This document shows positions 21,486 through 29,106 of a stretch of 64,000 nt of DNA, one piece after another. The translations under genes were made by a program, and so were the position numbers. The notes below the pieces were generated by a model, which worked only from the letters and a program-made list of their open reading frames with translations, had not been told where the DNA came from and did not search any database. Location of the stretch: the NCBI GenBank assembly GCA_043821645.1, contig JBDRCO010000033.1, positions 13,735 through 77,734 of the forward strand, given 5' to 3'. Position 1 is the stretch's first letter. The number at the start of each line of letters is the position of its first letter. The stretch is from Pseudomonadota bacterium (GTDB taxonomy: Bacteria; Myxococcota; JACRCW01; JAFGSX01).

Positions 21486-22298
21486 ATGACCTATCCGGTG
21501 CAGCGCAGGCCTCGTGCAGGGGACTCTTGCTGGCTGGCAGCCCTGGTCGTCGTTCTGGGCGCCGCCTGCACACGCGCTCCTGGTGACGAGAAGGGCGCCC
21601 TGACGCTGTTCGCAGCCGCCTCCACCACCGACGTGATGAAGGTGCTCGCGCAGGACTTCGAGACCCAGCACGGGCTGCCTGTCCGCACCAGCTTCGCCGC
21701 CTCGTCGACCCTGGCCCGTCAGATCGAAGCCGGTGCCCGGGTCGATGTCTACGTGTCCGCGGACGAGGCGTGGATGGATCACCTGCAGCACCTCGACCTG
21801 CTGCAACCCGACAGCCGCCGGGATCTGGCGGCCAACGATCTCGTCCTCATCGCACCGGCCGATCGCGTGCTTCACGTCGAACTGCGCCCAGACTTCGAGC
21901 TGGCCGCACAGTTCTCGGGCAAGCTCGCGGTGGCCGACCCGTCCCACGTCCCGGCAGGGCGAAGAGCGAAGGAAGCGCTGTCGGCCCTGGGCTGGTGGGA
22001 CAAGCTACAACCACGCCTGGTGCCGACCCTCGACGTGCGCGCAGCCCTGGCCCTGGTCGAGACCGGAGCCGCCGGACTCGGTGTGGTCTACGGCAGCGAC
22101 GCCCTCCGCTCTCCGACGGTGCGCGTTGTCGCGCGCTTCCCCCCCGACAGCCATCTGCCGATCCGCTATCCTGCAGCCGTGCTTCGAGGCGCACAGCCCC
22201 TCGCCACCGATCTGCTGCGTGCGCTCTGTAGCCCGTCTGCCAGGGAGCTGTTCCAGCAGGCGGGTTTTGCGCTCGTCGACGCCGGATCCGGCACCTGA
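21486..22298 (+). CDS. modA: Molybdate ABC transporter substrate-binding protein
   Basis: FAAAS, FAASSTLARQIEAGA, VPAG, VYGSDA. Confidence 0.92.
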   Translation: MTYPVQRRPRAGDSCWLAALVVVLGAACTRAPGDEKGALTLFAAASTTDVMKVLAQDFETQHGLPVRTSFAASSTLARQIEAGARVDVYVSADEAWMDHLQHLDLLQPDSRRDLAANDLVLIAPADRVLHVELRPDFELAAQFSGKLAVADPSHVPAGRRAKEALSALGWWDKLQPRLVPTLDVRAALALVETGAAGLGVVYGSDALRSPTVRVVARFPPDSHLPIRYPAAVLRGAQPLATDLLRALCSPSARELFQQAGFALVDAGSGT

Positions 22299-22999
22299 TG
22301 GACCTTCTTCCGCGTGGCGACGAGACCGCCGCCCTCTGGCTCTCGATGCAGGTGGCGCTGCTGTGCACCGTCGTGCTCACCGTGCCCAGCATCGTCGTGG
22401 GCACCGCGCTCGCACGCTGGCACTGGACCGGCAAGAGCGTGGTCGAGGTCCTGATCCACCTGCCACTTGTGTTGCCTCCTGTCGCCACAGGCTACCTGAT
22501 GTTGCTGGCTCTTGGTCCGCGCACCCTTCCAGGTGGCATGGCCCGCTGGATCCTCGGACACGACCTGGCCTTTTCACTCGCCGCTGCGGTGCTGGCCGCA
22601 GCCGTGGTCAGTTTCCCCCTCGCGGTGCGCAGCATCCGCCTCGCTGTCGAGCTGGTGGACCGTCGCCTGGAACAGGCCGCGTCGACCCTCGGCGCCTCCC
22701 CCGTCGACGTGTGGTGGAGCGTCACCTTGCCCCTGGCCCTTCCTGGAGTGCTCACCGGTCTGGTGCTTGCGTTTACACGCAGCCTCGGCGAATTCGGCGC
22801 CACCATCGTGTTTGCCGGCAACATTGCAGGCGAGACCCGTACCCTGCCGCTGTCACTGTTCACCGCAACCCAGGTCCCCGGTGGAGAGAGCGCGGCCCTG
22901 CGCCTGATGCTGCTCTCGGTCAGCCTCTCCTTCGTAACCCTGCTGGCGTCGGAATGGATGGCGCTCCGTCTGCGGCGGCGACTGGGGGCTGCCGCATGA
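22298..22999 (+). CDS. modB: Molybdate ABC transporter permease
   Basis: HLPLVLPPVATGY, RSLGEFGAT. Confidence 0.93.
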   Translation: MDLLPRGDETAALWLSMQVALLCTVVLTVPSIVVGTALARWHWTGKSVVEVLIHLPLVLPPVATGYLMLLALGPRTLPGGMARWILGHDLAFSLAAAVLAAAVVSFPLAVRSIRLAVELVDRRLEQAASTLGASPVDVWWSVTLPLALPGVLTGLVLAFTRSLGEFGATIVFAGNIAGETRTLPLSLFTATQVPGGESAALRLMLLSVSLSFVTLLASEWMALRLRRRLGAAA

Positions 23000-24126
23000 T
23001 CGAGCTGGACCTGCAGCTTTGCCGCGGCGACTTCACTCTCCAGGTGAAGACCCTCATCGAGGCTCGAGCACTGGGCGTGTTCGGTCCCTCGGGCTCGGGC
23101 AAGACCAGCTTGCTGCACCTGATCGCCGGTCTGCTGAAGCCTGATCAGGGCCGCGTGGTGATCGACGGCCAGGTCCTGCTCGATACCACACGGCGCCTGC
23201 ACCTACCTCCGCATCGTCGCCAGATCGGTGTGGTGTTCCAGGACGCACGACTGTTCCCGCACCTGAGTGTGCTCGGCAACCTGCGCTACGGACTGCGCCG
23301 CTGCCCGCCGCATGAACGACGTGTGTCCCTGGACGAAGTCGTCGCTCTGCTCGAGCTGGGTACACTGCTCGACCGCCGACCGTCGACGCTGTCGGGGGGT
23401 GAGGGCCAGCGCGTGGCCCTGGGCCGGACCCTGCTCGCGGGACCGCGCCTGCTGCTGTTCGACGAGCCTCTGGCCAGCCTCGACCGTCCGCTGCGACAGC
23501 AGGTCCTGCCCTACTTCCGGCGTGTCCTCGCACAGCTCCAGGTGCCCTTGCTCTACGTCAGTCACGAGCTCGGTGAGGTGCTCCAGCTCACGGACCAGTT
23601 GCTGGTACTTCGAGACGGCGAGGTACAGGGCCTGGGTTCTTACCACCGTCTGGCCATGGACCCCGCCGTCCTTCATGCAGACGATGGGCTGTGCAACGTG
23701 GTGCGCGCCACGCTGACCGGACACGATGTTGTGGCGGGCAACAGTCACCTGAGGCTGGACCACACTGGGGAGTCCAGTGCTGTGCTCTGCGTACCACTGC
23801 AGGCCTTGGCTCCCGGAATGCAGGTGCACGCTCGGCTGCGGCCGGAAGATGTGGCCCTGGCCCTGGCACCGGTCGACGGCATCTCGATCCAGAATCAGCT
23901 CCCCGGACGGGTGCGGGCACTCAACCCTCGCGCTGGCCAGGTGCTGCTCGACGTCGATGTCGGAGTCCCGCTGCTGGTCCAGGTCAGCCAGCACACGGTC
24001 GATCGGCTGGGCCTGTGCGAGGGCGTGCAGGTGTGGTGTCTGGTCAAGTCCAACGCCGTGCAGGTGCTCCCCGACATGACCGTGCCGCTCCTCGATCAGC
24101 GCGCCGGTGTCGCCAGCAGTTCCTGA
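22996..24126 (+). CDS. modC: Molybdate ABC transporter ATPase
   Basis: GPSGSGKT, LSGGEGQRVA, C-terminal TOBE (SIQNQL...LVKS). Confidence 0.93.
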   Translation: MIELDLQLCRGDFTLQVKTLIEARALGVFGPSGSGKTSLLHLIAGLLKPDQGRVVIDGQVLLDTTRRLHLPPHRRQIGVVFQDARLFPHLSVLGNLRYGLRRCPPHERRVSLDEVVALLELGTLLDRRPSTLSGGEGQRVALGRTLLAGPRLLLFDEPLASLDRPLRQQVLPYFRRVLAQLQVPLLYVSHELGEVLQLTDQLLVLRDGEVQGLGSYHRLAMDPAVLHADDGLCNVVRATLTGHDVVAGNSHLRLDHTGESSAVLCVPLQALAPGMQVHARLRPEDVALALAPVDGISIQNQLPGRVRALNPRAGQVLLDVDVGVPLLVQVSQHTVDRLGLCEGVQVWCLVKSNAVQVLPDMTVPLLDQRAGVASSS

Positions 24127-24908
24127 AGAAGGCGCACGTACTCGGCCCGGTGGCGCGAGAACAGCGCGTTGTGTCCACCCTCGTCAAACAGGACCTGGCG
24201 CCACAAGCGCAGCCCGGCCCAACGCGCCAGCTCGTGGGCGTGGCTCACGGGCAGGATGGTGTCGTCGCGGCCATGCAGCACCAGGACCGGGCAGCAGACG
24301 CGGGCCAACGCCTCCCGGGCATCAAAATCTCGTCGCAGCTGCGCCTCGCAGGTCACGCCGTCCAGGCCGAGCTCGGCGAAGGGCGTCACCGAGGCGACGT
24401 AGCCTGCCAGATCCGCCAGGGCGCTCTCAAGCACCAGTCCTCTCAGCCGTGGCGATCGTGTCCGGCGCACCAGGTCCAGGGCAAAAACCGAACCCAGTGA
24501 GCGCCCCATGACGACGACACCAGGCACACGTCGTGACGGCTGCTGCAGCAAGAAGCGCAAGGCCAGGCGTGCCGCGGTGCATGCATTTCCGAGGCTGGGC
24601 CAACCCTGGCTGGTCGAGAAGCCCGGATAGTCCAGAAACAGGCAGTTGAGCCCGGCCTCGTGCGCGGCCGCGGGCCAGAAGTAGAGCTGGTCGCATACGT
24701 TCTCGGCGTCACCGTGCAGGTACAGCAGCGTCGGAGCGTTGCGTCTCGAGCGCACCCAGAACGCACCCAGCACCGTTCCGTCGTCGAGCACGAGTTCCAC
24801 CGGCGCTCCGTGCTGGACAGCGGGGAGCCGTCGGCCATACCGCCGGAAGAACAGCCGCTGGCTGACTCTGTCGTCGTCGTAGAGCGGCGCTGGAGATTCA
24901 GAACACAC
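24096..24908 (-). CDS. Alpha/beta hydrolase (ABHD13/17-like)
   Basis: LYLHGDAE, DYPGF, GRSLG nucleophile elbow, HGRDDTILP, GGHN. Confidence 0.88.
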   Translation of the reverse strand: MCSESPAPLYDDDRVSQRLFFRRYGRRLPAVQHGAPVELVLDDGTVLGAFWVRSRRNAPTLLYLHGDAENVCDQLYFWPAAAHEAGLNCLFLDYPGFSTSQGWPSLGNACTAARLALRFLLQQPSRRVPGVVVMGRSLGSVFALDLVRRTRSPRLRGLVLESALADLAGYVASVTPFAELGLDGVTCEAQLRRDFDAREALARVCCPVLVLHGRDDTILPVSHAHELARWAGLRLWRQVLFDEGGHNALFSRHRAEYVRLLQELLATPAR

Positions 24909-24927
24909 GTTGCACCGGGGCGAAAAA

Positions 24928-25007
24928 TGGTGATGGAGGGATCAGGATTCGAACCTGAAACATCGAGCCGACGAGCGGCCCGGGCTTTGCCGTTAAGCTA
25001 TCCCCCC
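24928..25007 (-). ncRNA. tRNA-like RNA with alanine identity elements and a non-canonical, effectively anticodon-less arm
   Basis: GGGGGGA-TA-GCTT-AACGGCA-AAGC-C-CGGGCCG-CTCGT-CGGCTCG-ATGTT-TCAGG-TTCGAAT-CCTGA-TCCCTCC-A-TCA-CCA. Has a 7-bp acceptor with G3.U70 and A73, D arm with GG, perfect T arm and A15:U48; anticodon arm is a 7-bp stem with 5-nt loop. Confidence 0.85.
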
Positions 25008-25309
25008 TTGACGCCAGTGCGGGTACGCCGGTGGGTGCGCAGGCGCCGCAGCACAACCCGCAGCTGCTGACGACGTCGACTGTCGCATGTCACCACATCG
25101 TATTCAAGGCAGCGCGCGAGCAGCTCCACGTCGAGGTCGAGGTCCTGTTTGCATTCGAAACCCCGCTCGACCACCTGCAGCAGTGCCCGAATACGCGCGG
25201 CCTCATCATCGTGCAGCACCTCCGAACTCGCCTCGGCGAGCGCGGACAGCGCGGCCCGCAGCGCATGCAGATCGCCAGCCGGAAAGCGATGCCACAGGCT
25301 CGTCGTCAC
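24998..25309 (-). CDS. Small helical hypothetical protein with Arg-rich C-terminus
   Basis: 103-aa ORF whose start overlaps the upstream stop (GTGA); its TAG lies inside the tRNA-like element. Confidence 0.65.
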   Translation of the reverse strand: MTTSLWHRFPAGDLHALRAALSALAEASSEVLHDDEAARIRALLQVVERGFECKQDLDLDVELLARCLEYDVVTCDSRRRQQLRVVLRRLRTHRRTRTGVKGG

Positions 25310-26253
25310 GGCGTCAGCTCCCGCAGCCCGCGCGCCTGCAGGCGCGACCAGGTTTGCTCATGGTGGCGAGCCCGCTCTTTGTCGACGCTGTCCCGCGCCA
25401 TGACCTCGCTCCAGATCGGAGGCAGGAACCACTCGTAGCGCGCCGCGATCAGTCGCTGGAAACCTTGTCGCTGCAACCAGCAGAAGAAGGCGTACACGAC
25501 CTGCGGTGCCACGGCGTCGCGACGAAAACTCGCACTGCCCACCCACTCGACCAGCGCCGCCTCGTCGCCGTGAGCCGTCCACAGGATGGCCGCCAGCTCC
25601 TCTTCCTCGACCCGCGCCAGGCACAGCCGCAGTGCGTCGCCAAAAAGTTCTGCCAGGCGGTCATGGTCGCGCGCGATGACCGCGACACCTACCTGCTCCT
25701 TGTTGGCCACGGACTCTTCGCGCAGCCGCAGGAACTGGGTGCGACGGTCCCCGGCGTAGTGGGTCTGCACGATCTCCACCGGTGTTGGTGCCCGGACCAT
25801 GTGCGCGCGCTCCTCGTCGCTGAAGTCGCCGAACAGACCGAAGCGGGAGCGCGAGAGGTCCCAGCCCATGTTGCTGCTGGCGAACCAGAGCCAGTGGTTC
25901 CCCGTGATCTTGTCCCGCACCTCGGCGAGGACCTCGGCCGCGGCACCCGCAGGAAAACACGCGGCCGCGATATCCGGCGCCGGGATCAGTTCGAGATCGA
26001 GGCCCCGGGCTCGCACCCGCAGCCCGGGCAGGTAGCGGGCCACACCGGCGTCGTCGTGAAAGCAGGTGTACTGCGCCGTGACCCGCACCAGGTGGTGTCC
26101 GGTGCGCTCGAACAGGTGTGCATTGTCCTCGAGATAGTGCGCGCTGAGGCGCAAGAACCGCGGTTGCAGGGGCACCGGCAGGGCCGCACAGACATCGTCC
26201 CCGAGTTGTCCGAGAAGCTGTTCCGGACTCTGGGTGGTCAGGAGACGATACAT
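25306..26253 (-). CDS. Divergent FemX/FemAB-like GNAT-fold protein (putative aminoacyl-tRNA-dependent transferase)
   Basis: By-eye match to Fem domain 2: NMGWDLSRSRFGLFGDFSDEERAHMVRA..VEI, FLRLREESVANKE, DRLAELFGDALRLCLARVEEEELAAILWTAHGDEA, FRRDAVAPQVVYAFFCWLQRQGFQRL; GAGGA RBS. Confidence 0.6.
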   Translation of the reverse strand: MYRLLTTQSPEQLLGQLGDDVCAALPVPLQPRFLRLSAHYLEDNAHLFERTGHHLVRVTAQYTCFHDDAGVARYLPGLRVRARGLDLELIPAPDIAAACFPAGAAAEVLAEVRDKITGNHWLWFASSNMGWDLSRSRFGLFGDFSDEERAHMVRAPTPVEIVQTHYAGDRRTQFLRLREESVANKEQVGVAVIARDHDRLAELFGDALRLCLARVEEEELAAILWTAHGDEAALVEWVGSASFRRDAVAPQVVYAFFCWLQRQGFQRLIAARYEWFLPPIWSEVMARDSVDKERARHHEQTWSRLQARGLRELTP

Positions 26254-26270
26254 GACGCGTCCTCGGCGCC

Positions 26271-26297
26271 ATCCTAACACGCCCGGACCGCTCGCAA
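26271..26297 (-). promoter_or_regulatory. Possible extended -10 sigma-70 promoter for the Fem-like/tRNA-like unit
   Basis: TTGCGA-N15-TAGGAT with TGn before the -10; spacer is short. Confidence 0.35.
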
Positions 26298-26313
26298 GGG
26301 CCCGTGCGCGTCG

Positions 26314-27375
26314 TCACCAGGGAAGCAACCGACGCAGACCATGCGCCAGCACCACGGGGACCAGCAAGAGGTTGCGCAACAGGGCAGCCAGCATCGAGAA
26401 GCGTGGTGGTGTGGTCCCTTCGACGAGGGCCCGCGCCAGGGCGCGCAGGTGTGTTGGGCCAAAGGGACCATCCTGGATGGCTGCAAGAAGAGGCTCGGGC
26501 AGGGCCGCGCTGCCGCACAGGGCTCCGCTCCAGGCGCCCACGATGGCGGCGATGCTGTCCGTATCGCCACCCGCAGCAATGGTTCGCTGGATCGCAAGAA
26601 GGGGCTGGTCTCCCCAGCGTGCAAAGGCCCAGCTGGCCAGCGCCAGGGAATGCACCACGTAGCCCGTGCAGCCGAGGTGCTGCGCAGCCTGCGACGGGTC
26701 GTCGACCTGCGAGCTCAGGGCCACCGCCAGCTCGAGCGCTGCGCGCAGCTCCTCCGCCCGCACGATCGTCAGCGCCTGGCGCACCAGGGCCTCGCGCTCA
26801 TGCACAGACTCGGCGCGGGAGGCCAGGGCTGCCAGCTCGGCCACGAACTGAGCGCCCTCGATCGCCCGCGGATCCAGATGCGTCACCCGGGCCACCTCGC
26901 GCCCCAGCAGCAGGCGCTGCGGTGCGTCCTTTGCACACACCACGCCGAGCACGGCAGCGCGCATGGCGGCACCGTTTCCTGCACTCGCCACACCGCTGGT
27001 TCGAAAGCCTAGCAGCGCCCGCACGCTCGCTCGCACCGTCGCCAGGCCTATGCCGAAGGGCAGACGCACGAACCATCCGACCAGGGAGCGGCGAAAGGCG
27101 CGTACCAGCCGCGGACCGTCGATGACGCCCTCGTTCCGGGATCGGGCGAGGCTCTGCGCCAGCAAGGCACTCTGCTCAGTGTCGTCGGAGACAAAGCCCG
27201 TACGGCCGATCAGGTGGAAGCGATCCACGGTGCCGAAGCGACGCTGGATCTCCGGAGCGGACAGGCCCTCTGCCGGGAGGCCCAGGGCATCTCCCAGCGC
27301 GGTGCCCAGCAGCACACCCTCGAGTGCCTGCCGACGATCCCGGGCCACCTCAGGCTCCTGCGACCGGACGCTCAT
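26314..27375 (-). CDS. ADP-ribosylglycohydrolase family protein
   Basis: GDALG, SDDTEQ, GNGAAMR, VTH, GGDTDS. Confidence 0.92.
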   Translation of the reverse strand: MSVRSQEPEVARDRRQALEGVLLGTALGDALGLPAEGLSAPEIQRRFGTVDRFHLIGRTGFVSDDTEQSALLAQSLARSRNEGVIDGPRLVRAFRRSLVGWFVRLPFGIGLATVRASVRALLGFRTSGVASAGNGAAMRAAVLGVVCAKDAPQRLLLGREVARVTHLDPRAIEGAQFVAELAALASRAESVHEREALVRQALTIVRAEELRAALELAVALSSQVDDPSQAAQHLGCTGYVVHSLALASWAFARWGDQPLLAIQRTIAAGGDTDSIAAIVGAWSGALCGSAALPEPLLAAIQDGPFGPTHLRALARALVEGTTPPRFSMLAALLRNLLLVPVVLAHGLRRLLPW

Positions 27376-28561
27376 CGCGGGCCGCGCTCCGGGTGGCGAG
27401 CAGATACAGCAGTGCCGCCACCGCTGCGGCCACGGCGGACAGGCAGTACAGCACCCGCCCACCTGCCAGGTGCAGCACCTGGCCCCCGACGAGATAGCCT
27501 GCCACGCCCCCGACAGCCAGGCTGGACAGGGTGATGGACTGCAAGCTGGTGCGCAGGCGCGATGGCGCGCGGACTTGCACGAAGGCCACCAGGGCCAGGT
27601 ACCACAGACCGAAGGTCAAGCCGTGCAGCCCCTGCACCAGGACCAGGAGCTGCCCGTCATCGATCAGGGCCGTGGCCAACCAGCGCACCACCGCCACCAG
27701 AGCGCTCAGGGTGAGCAGGCGACCGGGTCTATAGACGTGGATGAAGCGCGGGGCCAGCAGCATGACGCCGATCTCGACACTGACGCCAATGCCCCATGCT
27801 GCTCCCACCGCCGCATCCCCCAGCCCGTGCTGCCGGGCGTGCAGCGAGAAGTACGCGTCGTAGCAGGCATGGCCCAGGTAGTAGACAGCGTTTCCGACGA
27901 GGAACAGCAGCACCTGCGACTTTCGCACCACGGCCAGGCTGTCGGCCAGGATGTGCGGTTCGCGGGTCAAGGGAGGCGCTCGCAGCGGCCAGGTCACCAG
28001 CGCGGAAACCAGGTAGCTGCCTGCGGTCACCGCGATCAGCACGGCCGGATTCAGGGAACCGCCGAGCTGTCCCAGGCCAAAGGCATACACTGCAAATCCG
28101 ATGGAGCCCCAGACCCGGACTTCGCTGAAGTTGGCTCGCCCGCCACCCAGGGCGTCGACACAGGCCGCATCGATGAGCGAGGTGATGGGTGCCCGGAACA
28201 ACGACAGCGCACCCATGGCCACCATGGCACCGGCGAAACCCCACCCTGGCCACAACAACAGGGCCGTGGCGGCGCAGCCCACGGCCGCGATGCGCAGCAG
28301 GGGGATGCGCGCGTGCAGGGCATCGGCCACCATGCCCCACAGCGACGGCACCAGCAGGTTCCCCAGCGGTATCAGGGTCATTGCCCACGAGATCTGTCGT
28401 GCATCGAGCCCGCGTTGAGAGAACAGCAAGGGCAGGTAAGGGAACAGACCTCCCAGGGCTCCATAGCTAAAAAAATAGTATGCGCGCAGGCTGTTCAGTT
28501 GCAGCCGGGAAGCCCGGATAAGATCCGGCGCGACGGGCCTTAAAGCGTGCGGCGTGCTCAT
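27350..28561 (-). CDS. MFS transporter (MFS_1-like / LacY-related)
   Basis: About 12 TM segments, PYLPL, RVWGSIGF, QGLHGLTFG. Confidence 0.9.
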   Translation of the reverse strand: MSTPHALRPVAPDLIRASRLQLNSLRAYYFFSYGALGGLFPYLPLLFSQRGLDARQISWAMTLIPLGNLLVPSLWGMVADALHARIPLLRIAAVGCAATALLLWPGWGFAGAMVAMGALSLFRAPITSLIDAACVDALGGGRANFSEVRVWGSIGFAVYAFGLGQLGGSLNPAVLIAVTAGSYLVSALVTWPLRAPPLTREPHILADSLAVVRKSQVLLFLVGNAVYYLGHACYDAYFSLHARQHGLGDAAVGAAWGIGVSVEIGVMLLAPRFIHVYRPGRLLTLSALVAVVRWLATALIDDGQLLVLVQGLHGLTFGLWYLALVAFVQVRAPSRLRTSLQSITLSSLAVGGVAGYLVGGQVLHLAGGRVLYCLSAVAAAVAALLYLLATRSAARDERPVAGA

Positions 28562-28598
28562 GCGCGAACCTGATGACCAGGGGTGGTCGCGACGCGAC

Positions 28599-28964
28599 TC
28601 AGGTCGACGCCTTCAACTCGGGCAGCGGATAGGTCGATACACCCACGCGCCGACCGTCGGGATCCCTGAAGTACACAGTGAAGTCCGTGCGGTCCTCGAT
28701 GGCAACCGCGCAGGCGCGCAACGCCAGTTCGATCCGTTCCTGCGTCGCTGCATCAACCGCGAACGCCAGCAACTCGCCGCTCCCTGGCGGGATGCCTGGC
28801 TCGTCGGCGGTGGCGTTCTCGACCATCAGCACGGAGGTCTCCAGCCCCAGCCACACGGAGCGGCCTGCCTGTGCGCGCACCACGGGCAGCGCGAGGAGGT
28901 CTCGGTAAAACGCGACCACCTCGTCGACGCGGTGCGTACGCAGGGCAATGTGGTGGAGACGCAT
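28599..28964 (-). CDS. VOC/glyoxalase family protein
   Basis: LHHIALR, FYRDLL, VYFRDPDG. Confidence 0.88.
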   Translation of the reverse strand: MRLHHIALRTHRVDEVVAFYRDLLALPVVRAQAGRSVWLGLETSVLMVENATADEPGIPPGSGELLAFAVDAATQERIELALRACAVAIEDRTDFTVYFRDPDGRRVGVSTYPLPELKAST

Positions 28965-29106
28965 GGGCGCATTGTGGCACGACCGCAGCCCGCGGGGGGA
29001 GCTTCCTCCAAGCACTGGCCGAGTTGTCTGCATCACCGCGTGGCGAACGACCGAGTATGGTCGTGGGCATGGTCTGGGGCTATGTGCAGGACCGGGAGGC
29101 AGACAC

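Noticed and set aside
24928-25007. Ordinary tRNA-Arg(UCG), tmRNA or Y RNA
   Set aside because: A UCG reading needs a 6-bp stem and a GCUCGUC loop lacking U33 and purine 37, and the Arg determinant A20 is C. There is no tag-reading frame or pseudoknot region for tmRNA, and no Ro60/TROVE gene in the window.
24900-26300. Prophage/island integration site at the tRNA-like element
   Set aside because: No integrase, no duplicated 3' tRNA fragment seen in the window, and no obvious composition shift.
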